From Christensenella sp. (lineage in GTDB: Bacteria; Bacillota; Clostridia; Christensenellales; CAG-138): a stretch of 64,000 nt of DNA. The stretch is from positions 846 through 64,845 of the forward strand of contig JAYFQU010000021.1 of assembly GCA_034926785.1 (NCBI GenBank), given 5' to 3'. Of this stretch, positions 56,681 to 64,000 are shown piece by piece (positions within the stretch are counted from its first letter, which is position 1; every line of letters begins with the position of its first letter). The position numbers were made by a program, and so were the translations under genes. The notes beneath the pieces are model-generated. The model was not told where the DNA came from. It ran no database searches and worked only from the letters and a program-made list of their open reading frames with translations.

Positions 56681-56735
56681 TCGTCCATGATACCATTCAT
56701 CATGATCCGCTTCAAGTTCGATTTCCTCCCCGCGC

Positions 56736-57098
56736 TCAGCGGCTCGGCTTGTTCTCGTTTAAAATCAGCATCAGCACCTCCGCCTCCGCTGAACCAAAAT
56801 TTCTCAGCGCATGGCTCTCGCCGCCGGCGCAAAGGTGCGTATCACCCGCATGCAGAGCGACCCAGCTTCCGCCGTCCTGCGCCTCCACCACACCGGAGAG
56901 GACATAGTATATTTCAAACTCGCCCTCATGGCGATGCTCGCCGACGGATGCCCCTACGGGAATCACTGTGCGCGAAAAAAGCTTTCCGGCACCAAAGGAT
57001 TCCTCCGCCAACAAAAAATCATGAAACACCAGTGTCCCTTCGCCGCCGCGTACATTCTCGCGCACGCGAACCGACTGCTCACCCGCTAGTTTAATCAT
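56736..57098 (-). CDS. Cupin domain protein
   Basis: RGGEG, GASVGEHRHEGEFEIYYVLSG..GD..GESHALRN. Confidence 0.88.
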   Translation of the reverse strand: MIKLAGEQSVRVRENVRGGEGTLVFHDFLLAEESFGAGKLFSRTVIPVGASVGEHRHEGEFEIYYVLSGVVEAQDGGSWVALHAGDTHLCAGGESHALRNFGSAEAEVLMLILNENKPSR

Positions 57099-57156
57099 TT
57101 TCCTGCTCCTTTAACAACGATATTGATCACGTTATGCGGCATAGGCCAGCCCCATG

Positions 57157-57981
57157 CTATAGATTCCCGATATAGACATACTCCAGCTTCTCTCGTGCGA
57201 TATCCGCCATGCGGCGCAGGGTCTCCGGCGGCGTTGGCGCTGTCGCCAACATGCGATGTCGAGGGAAAAAGCGGGAGAGATGCAGCGGAATCGCAGGATC
57301 AAGCGCGGCAATCCACTCCACCTCGTCGCGCATCTGCTCCGCGCTGTCATTGAATCCCGGTATCACAAGCGTGGTCAGTTCGAGGTGAATCCGCCCCGCC
57401 GCGCTGGATATCGCCTGTTTGACCGTGCCAAAATCCCCGCCGAGCGAGCGATAGCCTTCGTTGGTAAAGGCTTTCAAGTCAATGTTCGCAGCATCGATCA
57501 AGGGCAGCAACCGCCCCCATGGCCCCGGCAGAATCATGCCGTTGGTCACGAGCACCGTTTTTAATTCTTTTTCCTTGGCAAGCCGCGCGGTATCCAATAC
57601 GAACTCATATCCGATCAGTGGCTCGTTGTAGGTGAACGCCAGGCCGATGTTCCCCTGCGCCCGTGTCTGCTCCGCAAGCGCCACCAGCGCCTCCGGCAAA
57701 ATCTCCTCCCAATCGGCGGTCGCGTCCGCCCGCGCAATCGAACTGTTCTGGCAATAGGCGCAGTCCATATTGCAGCCATAGCTGCCAACCGAGAGGATCT
57801 TTGTCCCCGGAAAAAAACGTCGCAGCGGCTTTTTCTCGATGGGGTCGAGCGCGAGACTCGTCACCCGGCCATAGTTTTCCGGGACGACAACCCCGCCGCG
57901 GTTCACCCGCGCGCGGCAAAATCCCCGCTGGCCTTCCTCCAATGCGCATTGCTTCGGGCAGATCGGGCAGACCGTCTTCAT
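57157..57981 (-). CDS. AmmeMemoRadiSam system radical SAM enzyme
   Basis: C..CP..C..G.C..R, DPIEKKPL..F.PG, GCNMDCAYCQN, AFTYNEP, NIDLK, LHLSRFFP. Confidence 0.9.
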   Translation of the reverse strand: MKTVCPICPKQCALEEGQRGFCRARVNRGGVVVPENYGRVTSLALDPIEKKPLRRFFPGTKILSVGSYGCNMDCAYCQNSSIARADATADWEEILPEALVALAEQTRAQGNIGLAFTYNEPLIGYEFVLDTARLAKEKELKTVLVTNGMILPGPWGRLLPLIDAANIDLKAFTNEGYRSLGGDFGTVKQAISSAAGRIHLELTTLVIPGFNDSAEQMRDEVEWIAALDPAIPLHLSRFFPRHRMLATAPTPPETLRRMADIAREKLEYVYIGNL

Positions 57982-59363
57982 GTGTGGCGCACCACCTCAA
58001 AGCGCTCCATGCGGCAGCGTTCCTCCACTGGAATCCCCGCCTTGCGCTTAGCGATTTGAATCTGATCTTCCACCGTATCCACCCCCTCCAGATTGGGCAG
58101 CAACAGACCTTTTCGAAAGCCGGAGATGACGATCACCCCATAGCGCTTTACATCCAGCTGTTCGGCGGATTCAATGCGTTCCGTAGCGCCAAGAACATCC
58201 ACACTGTAGACCATCCGCGCCAGTTCCCCCGCCGAAACGGGCGGAAAACGCGGATCCTCGCTGCAGGCGGAGATGGCGTTGTTGAGGATTTCCTCGGCAA
58301 TGCAGCCCTTTGTCTCCGCGGTAGTGCCGATGCACCCGCGCAACTTTCCGTTGAGCTTCAACGAAACAAAAACGCCCGCGCGACGGTTTGTCATCTCCTC
58401 CGGCAGATCATCCGGCAAGGCGGGTTCTTCGCCTCCGCGCACAAATGCTTCCACCGTCTGCCGCGCGAGGCGCACAAACGCATCCTCTTTCGCGCGAATT
58501 GCTCCGATCCTCGCGCGCTCCGCCTTCTGCATCATCACGTCGAACGCGCGGCTCTCGTCCGCGCCCTCCGGCGTGAACGCGGCAACCGCATATCCCACGC
58601 CAAACGGGCCTTCATAACTGATGAGCTCGCTTTTCACCGCCATCCGGTCGAGCGTACCCGCGAGGATCCAGAAGGTGCCAAGGCCGCACTCCGCCGCCTC
58701 TTCGCAGAGCGTCGCGTCCAGCGTCAGCAGCGAAAAAAAGTCTCCGCCTGCCATCGCCGCCGTCGCCTGCCGGTCAAACTCCGGCCCGCTCGCGGTGTAG
58801 CCATATGGCCCGCTTTCCAGCAATTTATGGGAAAGATCGCCGCTTGCGACGACCACGACATCGCGCTTGAGCTCCTCGGCGGTCTTCTTGATGCATTTGC
58901 CGAGCAGGTAGTGCGCCGCCGCATCCAACCCCGAAAGTCCGATTCGAACGACCTCGCAGTGCAATTCCTTCTCCGCGAAAAAAGTCAGAGGAATCAGCGT
59001 ACCGTGATCCAGCGTCTTCTCGCGCTCTCCCTTTGTCCCGGCGGGCAGCCCCGCGCGCTTTGCGTTCTGCTCCAGCGCGCACACGAACTCCTCGTCATAG
59101 ACGCAGTTTACCTGCACCTGGCTTGCGCCAAAGCGCTTTAGGTCGCCGCGCGCTCTGCCGCCGGGCGAAATATGAAAATAGTCCGCATAACTTGTCGCAT
59201 GCGAAGAGAGAATGACCATGGTATCGGGGTTCAGTTGTCGAATACGCCGCGCCAGCTCGCGGTAAGCCGCGCCGGTTGCGCGGATTTCGCGTTCCTGGCC
59301 CTGTCCAATCTCGGGCAGGATAATCGGCGGATGCGGCACGACCGCAGCCAATCGAATAGGCAT
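57978..59363 (-). CDS. AmmeMemoRadiSam protein: LigB/Memo-like domain fused to AMMECR1 domain
   Basis: PHPP, LDHGT, ASGDLSH, ECG, SYEGPFGVGY; GVFVSL..LRGCIG, DPRF, GLLLP. Confidence 0.9.
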   Translation of the reverse strand: MPIRLAAVVPHPPIILPEIGQGQEREIRATGAAYRELARRIRQLNPDTMVILSSHATSYADYFHISPGGRARGDLKRFGASQVQVNCVYDEEFVCALEQNAKRAGLPAGTKGEREKTLDHGTLIPLTFFAEKELHCEVVRIGLSGLDAAAHYLLGKCIKKTAEELKRDVVVVASGDLSHKLLESGPYGYTASGPEFDRQATAAMAGGDFFSLLTLDATLCEEAAECGLGTFWILAGTLDRMAVKSELISYEGPFGVGYAVAAFTPEGADESRAFDVMMQKAERARIGAIRAKEDAFVRLARQTVEAFVRGGEEPALPDDLPEEMTNRRAGVFVSLKLNGKLRGCIGTTAETKGCIAEEILNNAISACSEDPRFPPVSAGELARMVYSVDVLGATERIESAEQLDVKRYGVIVISGFRKGLLLPNLEGVDTVEDQIQIAKRKAGIPVEERCRMERFEVVRHT

Positions 59364-59417
59364 ATCAATTCCTCTTTGTCTGATGTTCTTGGATTGGACG
59401 ACCTTATTGTATAGCAT

Positions 59418-59446
59418 ATTTTAACACTTCGGCAACGGGGTGTCAA
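59418..59446 (-). promoter_or_regulatory. Sigma-A promoter of the AmmeMemoRadiSam operon
   Basis: TTGACA-N17-TAAAAT with extended TG. Confidence 0.75.
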
Positions 59447-59540
59447 AAACGCGCATGCAAGAGCGCCATTTACTGTGTTTTGTCAGAGCCCCTATTCTAT
59501 GGTAATATAATACCATTGGGTGTGAAACGGAGGCTGCTCT

Positions 59541-60890
59541 ATGACGGAACAAACGAAACAGCCGAAACATAAAATTGAGATGCGGATGGCGGCGATCATC
59601 GCCCTCATCGGTGTTATTGCGCTTTGCATCTTGTTTTTACTGGTCGCGCTGCCATTGCGTGCACTGATTGCGCCTGCCAAAACACCCGTTGCCGAAACGG
59701 CCCTCTCGCCCGCGCCAACCCCGTCCCTCTCGCCTTCGCCAACCCCGCGCGTTCCATCCGTTCTCACCTTTGACGAGAGCGAAGATGCACCCATGCCGGT
59801 CAAGAGCAGCCGACTTGTCTATGGCCAAGGGTATAAACTGCGCGGTACGGTCCAGTCCAACTACCCTCTGCTCACCGTTTCGGTCGAAATCAACTGCGCT
59901 TATAGCGAGGATCCGCGCTACCCCTATGTGCAGACGGTCACGTTTGATCCGGCTAAGCAGGTGTATTCCTATCCGCTGGATGACACGCTGACAAAAGAGG
60001 GCGCATCGCTCGATTCGCTCGTACAGTTTTCCGCGCTGGATGTCGGCATCCATACCATCACGCTCTACGCAACCAGCGAGGGGCAGCCCGTTGCGGAGCA
60101 AATCTTCCAAACAACGTTCTATATCCTGTCGAATGACTGGAAGACGATCAACCGATCCAACTTCAGCAACAACAGTTACGAGACCGCGCTAAACTTCTTC
60201 AAGGACAAGGCTGCATTCCTCTATCGCTATCAATGGGTGGATGCGCGCTATGTCGTCGCCGATCCCGACTGGGAGAATACCTACATCGTTTCCTACGATT
60301 GTCTGCCCGGCCGCGAGCCTTGGCGCATCCATATCTCTGCGCTGCCCTATTATCAAACCGTGTCGTATTATCTCAACAATGTGCATGTCCGCGTTTCCGG
60401 TACCAACGGCGACTCCGGTATCCTTCTGCTGCGTGATTTGATCGATACCTACAACGGCAGCTATTGTTCGCGCTTTACCTCCAGCGAGAAGTCGATCAGC
60501 CATCATGCGTTCGGCACCGCAACCGATCTCAACGGCGGCATGGGGGCCAACGACAATCTCAAGGAGAATATCGCGCTCATCAACGACGAGGTCAAGAACA
60601 AACTTGTTTATAACGGCATCAAGAGCGAGAACAATGTGCTCTACTATGATTACACCTATTCCGGCGATTCACTGCTCTGGGTCTATCAAACCATCCCGGA
60701 AACCGTGATCAACTATATTCTCTATGAGCTGGCGTTCTATCGGGCCGGATTCCAATGGGGACATTACTATGTTTCCACGAGCGACGGCATGCACTTTACC
60801 CTAACAGACAACATCCGCATCAGTCATGACGGAAACGATGGGCTGCGCAAGGTATATGAATATATCGAAGCATATACGCCGCAGTCCTGA
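59541..60890 (+). CDS. Membrane-anchored M15-family (D,D-/L,D-peptidase-like) metallopeptidase
   Basis: N-terminal TM, Pro-rich linker; R..SHHAFGTATDLN and GFQWG..DGMHF. Confidence 0.7.
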   Translation: MTEQTKQPKHKIEMRMAAIIALIGVIALCILFLLVALPLRALIAPAKTPVAETALSPAPTPSLSPSPTPRVPSVLTFDESEDAPMPVKSSRLVYGQGYKLRGTVQSNYPLLTVSVEINCAYSEDPRYPYVQTVTFDPAKQVYSYPLDDTLTKEGASLDSLVQFSALDVGIHTITLYATSEGQPVAEQIFQTTFYILSNDWKTINRSNFSNNSYETALNFFKDKAAFLYRYQWVDARYVVADPDWENTYIVSYDCLPGREPWRIHISALPYYQTVSYYLNNVHVRVSGTNGDSGILLLRDLIDTYNGSYCSRFTSSEKSISHHAFGTATDLNGGMGANDNLKENIALINDEVKNKLVYNGIKSENNVLYYDYTYSGDSLLWVYQTIPETVINYILYELAFYRAGFQWGHYYVSTSDGMHFTLTDNIRISHDGNDGLRKVYEYIEAYTPQS

Positions 60891-60916
60891 TTCGAAGGCG
60901 AATCATGTTTACGCAC

Positions 60917-60949
60917 AAAAGTCCATCCCCGCAAGGGGATGGACTTTTT
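60917..60949. terminator. Bidirectional terminator
   Basis: AAAAGTCCATCCCC-GCAA-GGGGATGGACTTTTT. Confidence 0.92.
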
Positions 60950-60961
60950 GCTGCGTTGGTT

Positions 60962-63589
60962 TTATTTCTTCTCCGATATCTTCGCCTGGGCTGCGGCCAG
61001 TCTCGCAATCGGTACACGGAAGGGCGAGCAGGAAACGTAGTTCAGGCCAACCTTGTGGCAGAATTCGATGCTCGAAGGATCTCCGCCGTGTTCGCCGCAG
61101 ATGCCAAGCTTGATGTCCGGGCGGACGCTCTTGCCGAGTTCAACCGCCATCTTCACGAGCTTGCCGACGCCCTCCTGATCGAGGCGCGCGAACGGATCGG
61201 ACTCGAATATCTTCTTCTTGTAGTAGTCGTCGAGGAATTTGCCAGCGTCGTCACGGCTGAAACCGAACGTCATCTGACTCAGGTCATTGGTGCCGAAACT
61301 GAAGAACTGCGCATGTTCGGCAATCTTATCCGCGGTCAGAGCGGCACGCGGGACCTCGATCATCGTACCAACCAGATACGGAATCTCGACGCCGCGCTCC
61401 GCCATGACGGCCTTAGCGGTTTCGTCAACCGTGTTCTTCACATATTCGAGCTCTTTGACCTCGCCGACAAGCGGAATCATGATCTCCGGCACAACTTCGA
61501 TGCCCGTCTCCTGGCGGGTTTCGATGGCCGCTTCAATCACCGCGCGGGTCTGCATTTCGGCAATCTCCGGATAGGTAACCGCAAGACGGCAACCGCGGTG
61601 GCCAAGCATGGGGTTAAACTCATGCAGGCTCTCGACCGTGTGCAGCAGGTCTTCGTAGGTCAGGTTCATCTCCTCCGCGAGGGCGCGGATATCCGCTTCT
61701 TCGGTCGGGAGGAACTCATGCAGCGGCGGATCCAGGAAACGAATGGTGACCGGACGGCCGCCCATCGCCTTATAGATGCCCTTGAAGTCGCCGCGCTGCA
61801 TCGGCAGGAGCTTGTTCAGCGCACGGCGGCGGGATTCCTCGTCCTTGCTGACGATCATCTCGCGCATCGCGGGAATGCGGCTCTCGTCAAAGAACATATG
61901 CTCGGTACGGCACAGGCCAATGCCCTCCGCGCCAAACTTCACGGCAACCTCCGCGTCATGCGGGGTGTCTGCGTTTGTGCGGACATGGAGCGTACGGCAC
62001 TCGTCCGCCCACTGCATGATGGCGGCAAAGTTGCCGGAAACCTGCGCGTCGATGGTCGGCAGCGCCTCGCCGTAGATATTGCCCGTGGAACCGTCAAGGG
62101 AGAGCCAGTCACCTTCCTGGAAGGTCTTGCTGCCGATGACCAGCGTCTTTTTCTTCTCAGAGATATTCGCTTCAGAGCAACCGGCGACACAGCAGGTGCC
62201 CATGCCGCGGGCGACAACCGCCGCGTGGGAGGTCATACCGCCGCGCGCTGTTAGGATGCCTTTGGAGGCATACATGCCCTCAATATCCTCCGGCGAGGTC
62301 TCCTGGCGAACCAGGACGATATCCTCGCCACGCTTGGCCGCCTCCATAGCGTCCATCGCGGTGAAGTAAATGCGTCCGCAGGCGGCGCCGGGCGAGGCGG
62401 GCAGGCCGGCCGCGATCGGCTTCGCGCTCTTGAGCGCCTTTGGCTCAAAGGTCGGGTGCAGCAGGGCATCCAGCGAGCGGGGTTCAATCTTCATGAGGGC
62501 TTCCTCTTTGGTGAGCATGCCTTCGCTGACGAGATCGACCGCAATCTGCAATGCCGCCGCCGCGGTGCGCTTGCCGTTACGGGTCTGGAGCATGAACAGG
62601 CGGCCGCGCTCGATGGTGAATTCCATGTCCTGCATGTCGCGATAGTGTTTTTCCAGCTTATCCGCGGTTTCGGCGAACTGTTTATAGACCTCCGGCTGCG
62701 TGTTCTGCAGTTCGGCAATCGGAGAAGGCGTGCGAATACCGGCAACGACGTCCTCGCCCTGCGCGTTCATGAGGAACTCGCCGTAGAGCTTCTTTTCACC
62801 GGTGCTGGGATTGCGGGTGAACGCGACGCCGGTGCCGCAGTCATCGCCCATGTTGCCAAAGACCATGCTCTGCACGTTGACGGCGGTACCCCAGTCATAG
62901 GGGATGTCGTTCTTTCTTCTATATACGATGGCGCGGGGATTGTCCCAGCTGCGGAAAACGGCCTTGATGGCCTCCATGAGCTGTACGCGCGGATCCTGCG
63001 GGAAGTCCGTCCCCTTTTCCTTCCGATACAGCTCCTTATAACGCTTTACAATTTCCTTGAGGTTCTCGGCGTTCAGGTCGGTGTCCTTCGCGCAATTGTT
63101 TTTATGCTTGACGTCATCGAAAATCTCGTCGAACAGCGCCTTTTCAACCTCCATCACGACATCCGAAAACATCTGGATGAAGCGGCGATAGCTGTCAAAT
63201 GCAAAGCGTTCGTTGTTGGTCAGCTTCGCGAGACCGACCACGGTTTCATCGTTGAGGCCAAGGTTGAGGATGGTATCCATCATGCCCGGCATGGAGGCTC
63301 GCGCGCCGGAGCGAACGGACACCAAAAACGGATTGGACGGATCGCCAAACTTTTTACCCGCATTTTTTTCGGTAAAAGCAAGTGCGGCTTCAATCTGCTC
63401 AACGATCTCGGATGCAATCGTTTTTTTATCCTGATAGTAGCGGGTGCAGGCTTCCGTAGATACCGTAAACCCGAACGGTACCGGCAAACCGAGCGTGGTC
63501 ATCTCGGCAAGATTCGCGCCCTTACCACCGAGAAGTGCGCGCATTTCGGCGCTGCCTTCGCTGAAAAGATAGACATATTTATGTGACAA
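60962..63589 (-). CDS. ppdK: Pyruvate, phosphate dikinase
   Basis: LLGGKGANLAEM, SVRSGARASMPGMMDT, GGMTSHAAVVARG, EFNPMLGHRG, SFGTNDL, GICGEHGG; TTG start with AAGGAGG. Confidence 0.98.
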   Translation of the reverse strand: MSHKYVYLFSEGSAEMRALLGGKGANLAEMTTLGLPVPFGFTVSTEACTRYYQDKKTIASEIVEQIEAALAFTEKNAGKKFGDPSNPFLVSVRSGARASMPGMMDTILNLGLNDETVVGLAKLTNNERFAFDSYRRFIQMFSDVVMEVEKALFDEIFDDVKHKNNCAKDTDLNAENLKEIVKRYKELYRKEKGTDFPQDPRVQLMEAIKAVFRSWDNPRAIVYRRKNDIPYDWGTAVNVQSMVFGNMGDDCGTGVAFTRNPSTGEKKLYGEFLMNAQGEDVVAGIRTPSPIAELQNTQPEVYKQFAETADKLEKHYRDMQDMEFTIERGRLFMLQTRNGKRTAAAALQIAVDLVSEGMLTKEEALMKIEPRSLDALLHPTFEPKALKSAKPIAAGLPASPGAACGRIYFTAMDAMEAAKRGEDIVLVRQETSPEDIEGMYASKGILTARGGMTSHAAVVARGMGTCCVAGCSEANISEKKKTLVIGSKTFQEGDWLSLDGSTGNIYGEALPTIDAQVSGNFAAIMQWADECRTLHVRTNADTPHDAEVAVKFGAEGIGLCRTEHMFFDESRIPAMREMIVSKDEESRRRALNKLLPMQRGDFKGIYKAMGGRPVTIRFLDPPLHEFLPTEEADIRALAEEMNLTYEDLLHTVESLHEFNPMLGHRGCRLAVTYPEIAEMQTRAVIEAAIETRQETGIEVVPEIMIPLVGEVKELEYVKNTVDETAKAVMAERGVEIPYLVGTMIEVPRAALTADKIAEHAQFFSFGTNDLSQMTFGFSRDDAGKFLDDYYKKKIFESDPFARLDQEGVGKLVKMAVELGKSVRPDIKLGICGEHGGDPSSIEFCHKVGLNYVSCSPFRVPIARLAAAQAKISEKK

Positions 63590-63625
63590 GACCTGTTCCT
63601 CCTTGAAATGATATGACAAGATTAT

Positions 63626-63654
63626 ATTATAGCGATCGGGGGTATCTTATGCAA
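63626..63654 (-). promoter_or_regulatory. Sigma-A promoter of ppdK
   Basis: TTGCAT-N17-TATAAT. Confidence 0.75.
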
Positions 63655-63846
63655 GAAAAATCGCAAATCTACATTTGATATGGGAGCTATTCTATTTCGC
63701 GGGCGTAACAAAAAATTCGTCCTGCATCCCAAAAAACCTTTTGATCTCTGCCTTTTTCGTATTTTATCTACAGATATGTCAGCAGAAGTGCGCAGGAAAT
63801 CCTGCAGTTTTCTCGTCAATAAATGCGTTTTTTCATTGCAAACAAC

Positions 63847-64000
63847 CTAGCTGCACACGTAAAGATCCGCCTGCTCCAGCAGAATAATCAAATAGGACGG
63901 TATGCCGTTTTGAATGTCGAGCTTCACCCCGTATAGATGAATGCTATGCGCTTCCTTCCCGAGGAATCCGCGCGATCGATAGAGATAATCTATCATTCGG
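63847..64000 (-). CDS. 3' end of an unidentified CDS running off the window end
   Basis: Open frame ...RMIDYLYRSRGFLGKEAHSIHLYGVKLDIQNGIPSYLIILLEQADLYVCS*. Confidence 0.35.
   Translation of the reverse strand, partial: RMIDYLYRSRGFLGKEAHSIHLYGVKLDIQNGIPSYLIILLEQADLYVCS

Noticed and set aside
60905-63586. Long + strand ORFs (449 aa and 376 aa) antisense to ppdK
   Set aside because: Shadow ORFs from codon bias in a GC-rich gene; no recognisable domain. The same applies to 8189-9391 (ftsH), 35971-37209, 40404-41525 and 57663-59141.

Overview
This is a chromosomal segment of a fairly GC-rich Firmicute (class Clostridia; gene content suggests a Christensenellales/Eubacteriales-like organism, which is an inference). 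Positions 1-22.4 kb are mostly housekeeping: mnmE(partial)-jag-yidC-yidD-rnpA-rpmH, PIN/TRAM-carD, a divergent prs, PHP, ftsH-hpt-tilS, radC, a SIMPL lipoprotein, a 2-hydroxyacid dehydrogenase, and ftsK-rimO-pgsA-cinA-recA. dnaA and oriC are not next to rpmH. Positions 22.5-44 kb are mixed: darA, MATE, an Sfp-type PPTase, an orphan three-gene phage-type lysis cassette, a YbaK-GNAT fusion, an acyltransferase, GH2, CDF, yegP divergent from a LexA/CI-like regulator that has lost its autocleavage residues, two tandem membrane-anchored PQQ-like beta-propellers (one with a [G/S]Y[G/S]-rich low-complexity tail), DUF1002 and an amino-acid ABC operon. Positions 44-53.5 kb are a dense run of small modifying genes headed by rifampin ADP-ribosyltransferase arr, followed by a 250-bp multi-hairpin element bracketed by two identical 26-bp palindromes. 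The end holds DUF937, a GT-C-like membrane protein, a cupin, the AmmeMemoRadiSam genes, an M15 peptidase and ppdK. I found no rRNA, tRNA, CRISPR array, integrase or transposase. All calls come from motif recognition by eye; no database searches were run.
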